Shown: positions 10,901-19,700 of the stretch, one piece after another
Layout: each line of letters begins with the position of its first letter
How positions within the stretch are numbered: the stretch's first letter is position 1
DNA from: an uncultured Oscillospiraceae bacterium
GTDB taxonomy: Bacteria; Bacillota; Clostridia; Oscillospirales; Oscillospiraceae
Assembly: GCA_947627715.1 (NCBI GenBank)
Contig: CANQXK010000006.1
Location: 17,355 to 81,354 of the forward strand
DNA length: 64,000 nt
Direction: 5' to 3'
Notes under the pieces: model-generated
Told to the model about the DNA's origin: nothing
Seen by the model: the letters and a program-made list of their open reading frames with translations, nothing else
Databases searched by the model: none
Made by a program: the position numbers and the translations under genes

Positions 10901-12781
10901 CGGTGTCACCGTGCCCCCAGCCTCAGTCCCGGCCTTGACGGTGGCGTTTCCGTCCACGCTCACGTCATGAGCCGCACCGTTCTTATCGTTGGCCTTAAAG
11001 CTGGCCGTGCCGCTGGGGGTCACGTCCACCGTGCCGGAGGTGACGCTGCTCACGTTGCCGTTGGTGACGCCAACAGTGGCTTCGCCAGTCGCCGTAAAGG
11101 TGTTGCCAGCCGTATCTTTCAGCTTCACGCCGTCCGGGACAGTGGCGGAATCCTGACTAACGCCGTTGTGAGCGATTTCAACCGTCTCGCCATTCTTTGC
11201 CGCCTCAAGCGCCGCGTCAAGCGTCTCATAGTACTTATTAGTCGTTGTGTTCTTCGCAGCGGCTTGTTTCAGGGCGCTGGTAAGAGCAAGTGGCGTATCA
11301 TTTGAAATAGAATTTGGAGGGAATGTTATGGTGGCTATCCCGCTTACAGGGTCAACCGACACCGTTCCTCCCACAAGTCCTACAATTGCTTCTAACTGCC
11401 CCGCATCGAAGAAATATCCTGTATGCGGTGCCAACGTAAGCTTGCCACCTTTTTCAGGATTGACCGTAAACGTTGCTCCACTCCCGGTGATACCCTCTCC
11501 GTCAGGTAAGGCTGTGCAATTTTCCCCGCCTACCAAAGTGATTGTCGGCCACTTCTTAGCGTTTACAGTAACAACAATATTGCCAGTGACGCTCTTGATG
11601 CTGACAGTATTTGTTGCAGCATCATAATAATACTGGCCAAGGCCAAGTAATACTTTGTTTGTGACTGACGTTAAGGTCATGCCGCCCATGGTTACGCTTG
11701 CCACGCCGGTGACAGCGCCGCCTGTCGCGGTCATAACGCCATCCCACTCTTTTAATCTTTGAATAGTTGTATTAGGTATAATTGACACCGACACCGACGA
11801 CTCAGAGGAAGTAACACTCGCCGTATATGTCGGTCGGCTGGAGCTTGTATAGCCAGGTCCTGAAAAGCCGGGAAGGTCGTTCCTTGAAATACAAGTGATA
11901 CCCACTCCCCAAGGATAGAAATAGCCGCTTCCATCTCTTTGAAAGTATTGCGTATCATCGTTCAAGTCGTTCACGACTGCGGCGAGACTTCCCATGCGCG
12001 AGCCTATGCCAGAAGAACTATTGTATGTATACCAAGAACCACTTTCATAGGTGTAGCTGTGCTCAATTAAATTTGTACCACCATTCTTATTGCCAATAAA
12101 GCCATTTCCACCGCCCTTATGGGTACAAGTCACAGAAGCCCAGCAGTTATAAATATAGTTAACCTTACCTTCATTGTGTTCTGTCGTTCCAATAAAAGCC
12201 GCCGCGCCATAACTGCTTGTATAGCCAACCGCGCCACAGTTCAAAAAGGTTGCTCCAACTGCGCTTCCTGCGAAAAGTGATACCAAAGATTGATTTGATG
12301 TTTCATTGACATTCCCGGAAACAATCAAATTTTTTACAGTTCCGCCGTTAATCGTTCCAAAAAGGCCACTCTTATAAATTGAATCTGCTGCATCAGGATC
12401 GCCGCCATTATAAACCCTTGAAACATTGAAATTGTAAATTACATGGCCACAGCCATCAAATGTGCCGCCATAACCTGACGTCTTTTCCCATGTACCAGAT
12501 TCATCACTCTTGTTTGTCTGGCCTATTGGTTGAAATGATCCCACAATTGAAGTCATATCAATATCTCTAGTCAAATAAGCATCAAGCTTGCTTATTTGAC
12601 CGGCCTCTCTCGTTGCATTATTCACCTGTTGCGCAAACGCAAGAAGCTCTGCTGCACTCCCAATCGGCGTGCCGCTTGCCGCTTTCGCTTCCGTCCCGGC
12701 GATGCGCGTCGCGGGCAGTAGTCCTACCACCATGAACACCGCCATCGCAAAGGCCAACAGCTTGTATACCTTTCTCTTCAT
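1931..12781 (-). CDS. Giant (3616 aa) cell-surface protein: signal peptide, GLUG-like N-terminal domain, about 2800 aa of acidic T/G/D/E/V-rich repeats, Ig-like repeat, three C-terminal SLH domains
   Basis: - Signal peptide: MKRKVYKLLAFAMAVFMVVGLLPATRIAGTEAKA.
- Recurrent modules such as V(T/K)VPAGxxVxIxxxxYTxxxxxLxxxVDxxGNVxLxxGxVxL.
- C-terminal SLH motifs: WYHDGVHFVLQNGIMKG, FVDVEPGTWYADAIAWAQREDVVRGY, SPWAEDAMRWAALTGLVKGY. Confidence 0.9.
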   Translation of the reverse strand: MKRKVYKLLAFAMAVFMVVGLLPATRIAGTEAKAASGTPIGSAAELLAFAQQVNNATREAGQISKLDAYLTRDIDMTSIVGSFQPIGQTNKSDESGTWEKTSGYGGTFDGCGHVIYNFNVSRVYNGGDPDAADSIYKSGLFGTINGGTVKNLIVSGNVNETSNQSLVSLFAGSAVGATFLNCGAVGYTSSYGAAAFIGTTEHNEGKVNYIYNCWASVTCTHKGGGNGFIGNKNGGTNLIEHSYTYESGSWYTYNSSSGIGSRMGSLAAVVNDLNDDTQYFQRDGSGYFYPWGVGITCISRNDLPGFSGPGYTSSSRPTYTASVTSSESSVSVSIIPNTTIQRLKEWDGVMTATGGAVTGVASVTMGGMTLTSVTNKVLLGLGQYYYDAATNTVSIKSVTGNIVVTVNAKKWPTITLVGGENCTALPDGEGITGSGATFTVNPEKGGKLTLAPHTGYFFDAGQLEAIVGLVGGTVSVDPVSGIATITFPPNSISNDTPLALTSALKQAAAKNTTTNKYYETLDAALEAAKNGETVEIAHNGVSQDSATVPDGVKLKDTAGNTFTATGEATVGVTNGNVSSVTSGTVDVTPSGTASFKANDKNGAAHDVSVDGNATVKAGTEAGGTVTPSVPAQNVTIDGVTFNSPSAPEYPLDDPYSALEVDGTATVPSGKTLKTDGDNANLTVTGEAEVTKTAPDGEDGTGKVGRATVESGKTAKVGDNSYKGTDNTKLDLVKDEGEGAGHVELAEGSVTLPKKDGEHNNAVTVNGKVVENTGSTDITVEKSEDGNIKVTAPEGTGGKVIIDGREYEIPEGPTVLVVDPTGDPTVYTLESGDVKVGPEKDVHVKVGEEDVKVENVDDDTQLTVDADSPENGATVTVPAGGKMQTGDDVYSNNGVEPVEVELRPDGSKAVTSGDVTLEDGEIVLPDSEEASDAKVTLPRDGGNDAKIENTGSKDLLVRDDYPTEGNTVIEIPDGGSAQVSGNGVEGGPKTFDGPATVVVGPDGTAKAVVYQVGSTMCTDVDEATNALTDDQTANNTVNVVGLPKDEAQTWNNVSGPKTFVDYYGRTYTVPAGAEATLTVETDGTITVENGTVTFNPDRGDNSHALPEGMEDNSVKVKDGNGEDHTVIPEGPVTFNIDSAEKTGTVTPDDPETAVDIDGVVFEGSGDTGYDLDKPFDGLKDGGKATIPGGTEATVEVTGTESDGFTVKTDAGNTGDTVITKGGDGDVAGQVEVPAGDTVTVNDNKYTAGEAGAKLDLVKDAEKGDHAQLVEDEITLPKKDGTPEAHENSVYVAGEKVTNPNTDKDITVRADKEKGTGTVTVPEDGKVTIGGDEYTNAGDDPLVIEINDDGNTLTSGTLTLPGNEETNASILVKAGEGENEKNIPVTNKGGEGSDVTVNGSDTEAEGKPTVTVPSGGAVEIGEGEAATEYSVPEGEGNTKFVIGEDGKPDITSGAVDLDDDESVGFGSVEIGSGNSDPDGDTKDPVKVEVQEDGKAKVTVPAGETLTVTDADGNEHTYKNNGDSELTFTVDGNGNVTVDEIPEKGLDLGPNSSITITDDGGANPNTLTAGAEGATLKQSGTEESGKKSNPPLLESGYVIFPDGSDGTKGSVVVKDPTDGDSEKKLEGTDVEVFAAEKGGENPSVKVAPTTPAGKVKVQDGTEYIFPEGEDGGAADMEKGTLKYPAKGEISDNKDGPGDGNFVLVPDGNNGKVDGQGTLWTDKPAEADEGAVTHVLGEKGAAFDIKEKTNPGTSDKENLKEGSLGHYEVTEPDSHFTVDNGTGEVTLEDGGLHMTKTEPHLGETDNPSVTLKGIAEDESGKGLEVSGEDVTVTMTDDDGGADVKVPAGKSVKIGEDEYTAAEGESGLTLHVDEDGNVSLKDGSIVLDDNESIPFGDIVFENPADSGSDQVTVTAPMTADDGYGDGSAKVVVPAAGDSGSNSVVVGKDPDTKTYTNEGSGDLELEVTPEGDVKLHGGEVTLPADTPVTAGDTEVQSPTDGTKVEKKDGETFSVTVPGSEPEGDKNSVTLDVPVLDEEGNPTDDKKELEYTNPSDEDMVIEVPVNTENGYPTLTDGSAELDPAAGGNPGEGLNVKTGDSSTPVENTGDKTITVHAKGEGDLENASVEILSGGSADIGDNSVVASGDDITVELDDDGGIKVKPGEGNEVTVNGKTYRPKEGQEEASLSVDKDGNVTGRENFTVIVDPDAGLVHIEDGETVTVEKDGKKIEVTGGPAWINVENGEVEAVTVKKDEEGNEIEEIDEVVGHFSNAGDGPLQLTIKKDGDSDNPTPETTLTGGTVEVRDAETEILVPAGAGTDKLTTGSDNTVLTLAEEDENGPATLEQGSVILPQATPFGTDNASVKVENGSGTTTYKGQNVEVNAGRAGVKGVDNTEAEDGRDGGTVTVTGSTSPENKHDYFVPSDEGNAAITSGTDNQLDPPAMEKVNGNRAGESSQKYVVVPDPANDPEKNIYVDRNGTNDSNTAMNLDNGAAFDVKPKDKGEVTGTVEEPAGDSIGHYAAASDNTKATVNHETGEVTLTEGKMTVTGSDEAGAKLTVSGQVIQSKEVTVTAGTALDGGTGADISVPAGGSVTIKGKTYTAKDGGLELWMDAQGNVYLKDGVVELSDGADILFEETRFTNPVEEEPASDTVTVTAYKGTEGGEDTPATEPYAELEVSNGGSVSVQQGGKDVTYKNAGSDRLTLHSDGEGNVSLQSGSVELPTDGSLGYTAGSGENTRDFTVESKDGLTVETEDGNKAKVIVPAGENLSVKFEDKSGADKSGTYTPAEGSDEITVELTADGPMLAEGKVELEKGNALGAGGALFENTGSGSVAVDASGPSVTIPENGSAKVNGVEVKGAYGTDDAAKELTSSSVSGGNVSFSLDEGEKLTVDGVTYVGGESGCTITVDKDGNVSVTGSVSRTVTLGEASGDITLNDGESLTILDKNGNTLTTVTDKAGDGKESTLSVDKNGNITMKSGDVTVKGTAETEAYEWEEDEPGKPSEDPKWTYVGEPDITVKSSESGAPVSGATVTIKDKDGEVVATGTTGDDGKVTEWTTDLTDVEYGPYTVEVVIDGVSSTTGSLNVNAPTASVEFKAETVAIDTNMESNLSSNGNEPTVSGLDGVLSNAEKQQAAIPDSGSGSTTKTEIDITLYAKELGVDSSIEMTADEASRIKDAINKAAGIDESPTASNTKEISDWIDVTVTKQVTEYTSTGSGWDGGTTSDPEAIPTTASLIELRFPISNDMADKLEALTDDSGEFIPIEDAYDHIFIYRQHKQGDKETVEQMRRVTPEYGPRATMECYYIEVTEGSEGTAYIVIRARNFSVYAFGVSQQPVPDSTPSSGGVSGGAYEVNVPELKYGGTVTADRDTAAPGTRVTLTVTPDADCTVDSVVVTDAQGNVLTVTDNGDGTYSFNMPASDVDVQVIFSANCPKDATCPIDQYTDASPKAWYHDGVHFVLQNGIMKGYGNYIFLPDAGLTRAMVAQMLYNMMDTPAVSGASTFVDVEPGTWYADAIAWAQREDVVRGYTDTVFGPEDLITREQLVTILYRYEEKFGELKEVPADYVLAFSDAADTSPWAEDAMRWAALTGLVKGYGGSEKLVPGGRASRAESAEIFKRWLAPNLKY

Positions 12782-12796
12782 ACGCTCACCTCATAC

Positions 12797-12832
12797 ATAA
12801 AAATATTGCCACCCCCGGATGACGGGTGTGGC
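12797..12832 (-). promoter_or_regulatory. Terminator-like hairpin plus U-run in the 5' leader of giant gene 1 (possible attenuator)
   Basis: On the minus strand: GCCACACCC-GTCATCC-GGGGGTGGC, followed by AATATTTTTAT. It lies immediately upstream of the GAGGTGA RBS and the ATG at 12781. Confidence 0.35.
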
Positions 12833-12922
12833 CGGGGCTTGTCCCTAAGGTCTTTTCAGTCATTCCGCAAGGAATGACTGACTCCCCCGGGGGAGTCGGC
12901 CGAAGGATATTCCGTTGTGACC

Positions 12923-12951
12923 ATTATACACGACCACTCAGAATTTGACAA
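12923..12951 (-). promoter_or_regulatory. Sigma-A promoter of giant gene 1
   Basis: On the minus strand: TTGTCA, a 17-nt spacer, then TATAAT. The leader of about 140 nt carries two GC-rich hairpins (12857-12880 and 12880-12897). Confidence 0.6.
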
Positions 12952-12997
12952 GCCCTTTTTTTCTTTTTTTCGGGAATTTAACAGAAAAATGGAAAAT

Positions 12998-13423
12998 TTA
13001 CTCCGCCTCGGACTTGAGATCCGCCAAAAGCTCCGCCGGGGAACACACACGCACGGGAGATTTTGCGTAGTCCCGCCCGTTGCGCGTAACGATGACGTCC
13101 ATCCCGGCGCGGAGGGCGGTTTCGACCATGAGCGCGTCCTCATAGTCCGAAACGTCCGACGAGATGGCCTTCCGGCAGTCGATCCCCGCCGTGTCCAGCA
13201 GGTCCAGCGGGATAAGCAGGGCGGAAAGCACCCGGCGGGCCTCCTTTCCGTCATGGGTGAAACGGTGAGTCAAATAGTAAATATCTGTAAGAGACTTGGC
13301 CGTCACAAACCCGTCAAAGCGCCGGTTGGCCGCCGCCAGAAACAGCGCGTAGGCATCGTCACAAAACGGCTCGCGCCGCCGCAAAAAGTCCACCACTACG
13401 CAGGTGTCCAGCAATACCCTCAT
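12998..13423 (-). CDS. vapC: PIN-domain toxin (VapC family)
   Basis: MRVLLDTCVVVDFL... shows the conserved N-terminal Asp, and the protein is 141 aa. A 4-nt ATGA overlap joins it to the upstream antitoxin gene. Confidence 0.85.
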   Translation of the reverse strand: MRVLLDTCVVVDFLRRREPFCDDAYALFLAAANRRFDGFVTAKSLTDIYYLTHRFTHDGKEARRVLSALLIPLDLLDTAGIDCRKAISSDVSDYEDALMVETALRAGMDVIVTRNGRDYAKSPVRVCSPAELLADLKSEAE

Positions 13424-13635
13424 ATCCTGTCAAGCCTCTCGTTCCGCGCTTCCTCCAGCGTCACGTCCGCCGGAAGGACCCCATAGAGGGACTTGACCAC
13501 GTCCACCCGGTCCTGATAGGGGTTGGTCAGCTTGGCGATGACTTTGCCGTTGCGGGTGATGTATATGTCCTCGCTCTCGGCAAGCTGGAGGTATTTTCCC
13601 AGATTGAGCTTTAATTCAGTGGAGGTGATCAACAT
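13420..13635 (-). CDS. Phd/YefM-type antitoxin
   Basis: MLITSTELKLNLGKYLQLAESEDIYITRNGKVIAKL... (71 aa). An AAGGGGG RBS precedes the ATG at 13633-13635. The upstream part of the ORF-track frame (to 13737) has no support. Confidence 0.8.
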   Translation of the reverse strand: MLITSTELKLNLGKYLQLAESEDIYITRNGKVIAKLTNPYQDRVDVVKSLYGVLPADVTLEEARNERLDRI

Positions 13636-13667
13636 TGTAAGCGCCCCCTTTCGCCGATGACGTCTCC

Positions 13668-13715
13668 CTATACAGTATAGCAAAATCGTTCGATTTATGC
13701 AAGCCAATCGAACGA
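13668..13715 (-). promoter_or_regulatory. Toxin-antitoxin promoter with two palindromic operators
   Basis: On the minus strand: TTGCAT (13697-13702), a 17-nt spacer, then TATACT (13674-13679). A 10-bp perfect inverted repeat (TCGTTCGATT/AATCGAACGA, 13686-13715) flanks the -35. The palindrome CTATAC-A-GTATAG (13668-13680) lies over the -10. Confidence 0.55.
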
Positions 13716-13732
13716 AAAATTTTTGCCTTTCG

Positions 13733-13770
13733 CACAAAAAACAGGGGCGCGAGAAACCTCGCGCCCCTGT
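13733..13770 (-). terminator. Rho-independent terminator of giant gene 2
   Basis: A 12-bp stem (CAGGGGCGCGAG/CTCGCGCCCCTG) with a 4-nt loop, followed by TTTTTTG on the minus strand. Confidence 0.8.
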
Positions 13771-13777
13771 TCATGGG

Positions 13778-16700
13778 TCACTTCTCTTCCGGCTCAAGCT
13801 GGCAATAGCGCATGAGGACCGCGGCCATCTCATTGCGCCGGGCATAGCCGCGAGGATCGAACACGCCGCTGTCCCGGCCCTTGATGACGCCGTTCATGTT
13901 GCACCACGCCACCGCCTCAATCGCCCAGTCGGACATCTTGTCAAGGTCGGTGAAGGGCAGGCGGTACATCCAGTCGCCCGTGAAGCCGCCCTGGCCGTAC
14001 TCCTGCTCGTAGCGGTAGAGCATGGCCGCCATCTGCTCGCGGGTGATGGGATCGTCCGGGCCAAACCTGTTGTTGCCGTAGCCGCCCGCGATTTCCTCGC
14101 TGGCCGCCCAGCGGATGGCCTCGGCGTACCACGCCCCCTCGCTGACGTCGGAATAGGTCATGTAATAGTTGACCACCGGGCTGCCGCTCATGTTCCACAG
14201 TACCATGACCATCTGGGCGCGGGTGACCGTGTCTTCGGGGAGGAAGCGGTCAACGCTTATGCCGTGCATCAGGTCATGGGCGAGGACATAATCGGTATAC
14301 TCATGGTACCAGGCGTTCACATCGAGGTCCGCAAACTTCCGGCCCGGACAGTTCTCGCCGCCGAGGCACTTGAAGACGGCCTTCACGGTGACGCCGCCAT
14401 AGGGCATCTTGAAGGTGTAGGTGCCGTCGCCGTTGTCGGTGAGGGCGACTTCCTTGCCGTCCTTGTCGGTGACGGTGAGTTCGCCCAGGGCGTAGCCCTC
14501 CTCCGGCGTTACGGTGAGGGTGACGGTGGAGCCGCGAAGGGCGTTGCGGTGATTGACCGTCACGCTGCCGTTCTCCACGCGCTCCGGGAGCTTCACGGTG
14601 TAGTAGACGCCGGTGCTCTGGGTCCAGGTCAGCACATATGTGGAGTAGAACTTCGCGTGGATCTCGATGGCCGTGCCGTCCCGGATGACCCTCAGATACT
14701 CGCCGTCCCTGTTGGCGGACGTGGTGATGGTCTGCATATCCGCACTACCGTCACCGTCCGTATCGTGGAAGCGGTAGACGGTGTAGCTGGACTTGCCCTG
14801 TATCTCCGCGGGCAGGTGGATCACGGTGGTGATGAGCTGTTTGGAGTCGTGAATCTCCGTGGTTCCGTCACTACTACTACCCGTCACCGTCTTTGTCAGC
14901 TCCAGATCGACCACCAGGCCGATGCGGTCCTCCGGCACGGGAACCTGCTCCTCCTGGGTGGAATTAAGCTCCGTGCCCTTGACGGTCATCTTGAACTCCA
15001 CAGAGCCGCCATTCTTGACTGTCTCTTCATCGTCAGTGGTGTATATCCCCTCGTCGGCGGTGGCGCTGGGAGTTTCCACGATTTCCTCCATGTCCACCAC
15101 GGCGGTGACGTCGGCCTCCACCACGGTGTTCAGCGCCCCGTCGGGCAGGATGTAGTCCCCGGTAAGGTTATCCTTTTCCACGTCCACCAGGAAGGTCTTG
15201 ACCACGGTGGAGCTTCCGTTAAAATAGCGGACCTCCAGGTTGTAGATGCCGGGCACAAGGTTTTTAAACGAGAAATTACCGTCGGCGTCGGTGATCGCCT
15301 CGCCAGCCTCGTTATCGCCCTGCTTCAGGGTCACTGTCGCGCCCAGCAGCGACTTGGGTTCGTTGCCCTCCACCTCCTGCTTCACGGTGCCGCCGACCGT
15401 GCGGGTCTCCTTCACGTCCAGCCACTCGGCCTTGAAGGTCACGTCGGAAGCCGGCATGGGGAACTCCTCGTTGGGCCGGTACGTGATGCCGCCGAAGCTC
15501 CATCCCTGGAAGAGGTAACCGTCGCGGGTCAGGCCCGCGGGGAGGATCACCATCTGGCCCTCAAGGAGGTTCTCCATGGCCTCAGGGGCCGCGCCGCCCT
15601 CATAACCGGCGTCGAAGGTGACCTTGTAGGTCTTGACGCTGGCGAGGTTGTTGGTGAGGACCAGCTCTCCCACCTTGTGGAACGCGCCGTCGGAGGTGGC
15701 GGAGTGGCGGAAGTTCGTGTTGCCGATTGCCACCCAGACCTCGTATGTTCCGGCATCGGTGGGCGTTACCTCCTCGCCGTTCTTCTTGTAGACGATCGTT
15801 GTATCAAGCTCCGACACGACCGCCGTTCCCGGATCGGGATACTGGTGGTCGGTGCCCTCGTCCTTATCCGGCGTTGTGGACACCACGCCCCAGACGGGGG
15901 TCAGCTTAACCTCGGTGGGGTGACTTTCATCAGTGAGATCCCACACGTTATTGCTCACGGTGAAGGTCACCGGCGCGGGGACGATGCTCACGGTCGCCGT
16001 GGGGTTCTTCACAGTGTAGTTCCCGGCGTTCTGGCCGTAGAGGCCCGCCGTCACGGTGTACTCCTTCACATCCGAGTCATCAGTGGCGGCGAAGGCCACC
16101 AGGTACGCACCGGAGTAGCTTTCGGGATTATCAATATTGAAATCGGAAGGCAGCCCCTGCCCCGGAGGCAGCTGTTTGTTATCGTTCTCGAAGGGATCCT
16201 GCACCCGAATGTCGGGGTGCATGGGGTGGGCGTGGTAGACGTAGCTCAGGTGGGTCCAGATCACCGTGACCTCGTAGGGCTTTATCTCGATCGTGCCGAT
16301 TTTCAACTCGCGGGTGGCGGTTTCCTGGTCGCTAAAGGCGTAGTTGTAGATGCCGTCAGCCGTGGGTGTGAAGGTCACGATGATGTCATACGTCCCGGCG
16401 TTGCGCACCTCGTTAACATCGGTGCTACCCTTGCGGTAGGTCACCTTGTAGCCGTTGCTGGCGGCGGCGTTGATGGCGACCGGCTCGCCCGTAGTCTGGC
16501 TCACGTTGGCCTTGTGGTTATAGCTGTCGTAGGTCATGGTGAGGGCGAAATCCGTGCCGCTGCCGGTGAGGGTGTAGCCGCCCAGGTTGGGATCGTCGTT
16601 GGTCTCGCCCCTTGTGGACCAGTCAACCTTGGCCTCCGCGCCGATGGTAAAGCTCACCGTGGCAGGGGCAATGGTGTATTCCTGAGAGTCGTCTGTAAGC

Positions 16701-19700
16701 GTGTAATTTGTGGCGTCCGCGCCCGCAAGGCTCGCTTTGGCGGTATAGGTCCCCGCGTCGGTCTCGGCGTTGCCGGAGAACGTAAGTCTGACGCTGCTGT
16801 TCTCTGTGTCTGCCGCCACAAAATCCGTTGTTGTGGCGGTGACGCTTACAGGTTCGCCGGAGTACACAAGATCAGTATACCCATCCCACGTCAATGTGAC
16901 CTCTTTGGCCGTGATCTTCGCGGTTGTCGCAGCATCGGAGATTGAACTCTCTTTAAGGGCGTAATCCGTGGAGTTATTGAGCGTGATGCCGGACACGTTG
17001 ACGTGCTTATTCTCCCCCACGTTCTTGTCGGTGAAGGTGAAGGTCCCTGTCGCGGTGGGCTTGTTGTCTTTGAACGGCACTATGTCCAGATTCTCAGCAA
17101 ATTTCAGCGTGCCGTTTTGGGCATTTACATTCCCATCGTAGGTCTTGCTGTCCACCGAATCCACCTGCGGCGTAAGCTGATAGGGATTGACGGTGATTGT
17201 CACAGTCGTTTTGAGCGTGGAGGTCTCAAAATTGCCCGCGTAGGTCTCACTGGGCGTAAAGACCGCCACATAGTCGTGACTCTTATCGGAGGGCTTGGGA
17301 TAGGTGTCAACCTGAATCTCCCACGCCCAGGTGCCGGGGATAGTCGCTCCGCCGTCGCCCGCAATCGTCGCCGTGCCGGTGAGATTGCTCTCGTTCAGCG
17401 TATCGCCGTATGTGATGGCGGAACCTGTGACCGTCAGCTCCAGCGTGGCCTGCTCGATGGTCATGGTGCCGACTTTGACCTTTCCTTGCTTACCTTCAAA
17501 CTCGTAGTTATTTTTGGCGTTGTCGCTGGTCAGCTCGACCCAAACGCCGTAAGTCCCAACGTTGGTCTCGCTCGGATTGGCGTCAGTCGTGCCTCTCTCA
17601 TCACTGTTGGCGCGGTAGGTAACGCTGTAATCGCTGCCCTGCGTCAGCGCGGGAGCGCCGCCGGTTTTGACCGTGACATCGCCCACGGTCTGCGGCTGCG
17701 TGGTATAGGTAAGCTCCATCGTGATATTATCCACGCTGACAGTGGCCTTTTTGATGGTGTAGGTCTGGGTCTTTACCTCGGGCAGGGTGTAGTTTGCATC
17801 ATCGCTAAGTGCGGCAGTGGCGGTGTAGGTATTCGCGTCTGTCTTGTCGCCATCGGTGACGGTGACGGTGCAGGGGTATTTCTCCACAGGGTTCGTCACT
17901 GTGGCCGTGACCGTGTGGGAGTTGCCATCGTAGGTAATCTCGAAAGCATTCTCGCCATCCAGCTTCCACTCAAGCATCACCACCCGCTTGCCGATGGACG
18001 CCGTGGTATTCTGCTTGCTGAGTTCCGTTGTGGTCAGCTCATAGTTGGCTCCCCAGTCGCCCGTCAGAGTGATGCCTGTGACGGTGACGGTCTTGTTCTC
18101 GCCGGCGGTGGGGGTATCGAAGTTGAATGTCCCCGTCGCCGTGGGGTTCTCGTCGCGCACCGCGCCGGTGAGCTTGATGGTCCCTGTGGTTTCGGTTTCG
18201 CCGCTGAACTGGTCGATGTTCTGAACAGTGTCGATGCTGGGCGTCAGCTTCGCCTTGTTGACGGTGATTGTGATGGTTTTGCTCAGGCTTTCGGAGGTAA
18301 AGTTGCTTGCATCACTGCTGGTGGGTGTAAACTTTACCGTGTACTCAGTGTTCTCACTGTCCTTACTAACACTGGGATATTTCGCGGCATCCGTCGTATC
18401 CCACGCCCAGGTGCCGGTGATTTCCGTGCCGTCACTGATCTTCGCCGTGCCGGTGAGTTCACTCGCGCTCAGCGTCTGCCCGTAGGTGATGGCAGAGCCG
18501 GTGACGGAGAGGGTCAGCTCGGCCTGCTTGATGGTCAGCTTGTCGTCCAGCTTCAGCTCGCGGGTCTCGTCGGCCTCGTCCTTAAACTTGAAGTTGTCGT
18601 TCTTGAGGGTAACGTAGATGTCGTAGGTGCCCACATTGGTCTTATTTGCGGTCTTATCTGCGGCTCCTTCCGTGCCATATGTAACGCTGAAATCGTCCTC
18701 GCTCAGTTTGGGGGTCTCGCTGTCAGTCTGCTTCACCGTGGCGGTGTGGGCCTTGGTGTCGTAGGTGACCGTGTAATCCGTCACCTCAAAGCTCACCGGG
18801 GCTTTCTTGATGGTGAAATCCTGCGTGGGGTTATCATCAGGCAACTTATAGTTCCCCGCCGCGCTCCCGGTGAGCTGTGTGGCCTCAGCTGTGTAGCTCC
18901 CGGCGTTGGTTGCAGTTGCGCCGGTCGCCCCAGTCTCGCCGCCGTTGGCCTTTACCTCCACGGTCACATTGACCTCATCGCCGCTTTCCTTGTTGTTAAC
19001 GGTGGCAGTGATGGTATGCGCCGATCCAGTGTAGGTCAGGCTCTCGTGGCCCGTCCACGTCAGCGTGACCTCTTTCTGCTCAATCTGAACGGTGATGCTG
19101 TCGGGATCAGTGTCGTTGTGGTTATCGTCGCCCACGACCTTATACCACACGGTATACGTCCCCGCGTCCTTGCCGGTGATAGCGTCGGAGTCTTGCCAAA
19201 CTACATCTGCGCCGGGTTGAGTCGCAACGCCCTTCTCGCCGACATAATACTTCATCGTGCCGCCAGTGGCACTTCCAACGGTTTCAATCAACTTCTGATT
19301 CCCGCCGTTGTACACAAGGCCGCTCTCACCTGTTGGCTCGGACATACTACTTTCGGCCTTGGCGATTTCTATGCTATTGCTGGTAGCCTCTCCCGGCGTA
19401 TAGTACTTCGCGTCTTTACCCTTCAATGAAGAGACTGTCACCGTGACAGGTTTGTTCTTCCCGACATTTGCATCGTTGGCTTTGGCGGTAAAGGAATCGA
19501 CCTCCACCGCGTCGCCACTCACAAGCTGACTCGAAAAATCAGCAAAATTGCCGCTGACATTCTCGTTACCGTCGTATGTCTTATTACTCGCGTTAAATGT
19601 AAACGTCAGCGTCTTCTGGCTGACTTTCACTTCAGTTGCGTCGCTGGTTTTCTCAGTGATGTTGTTATTCCCGCTGTAAGCAGCGGTGACGCTCACAGTC

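Noticed and set aside
6458-11305. A 1615-aa plus-strand ORF, together with 1841-3163, 4691-6247, 13697-16945, 17003-19429, 19721-20356 and 20405-21214. All lie antisense to the giant adhesin genes.
   Set aside because: These are shadow frames of GC-rich, repeat-rich coding DNA. The translations are low-complexity G/V/A/R/D strings with no start context, RBS or domain motif. The opposite strand carries coherent signal-peptide/GLUG/SLH proteins.
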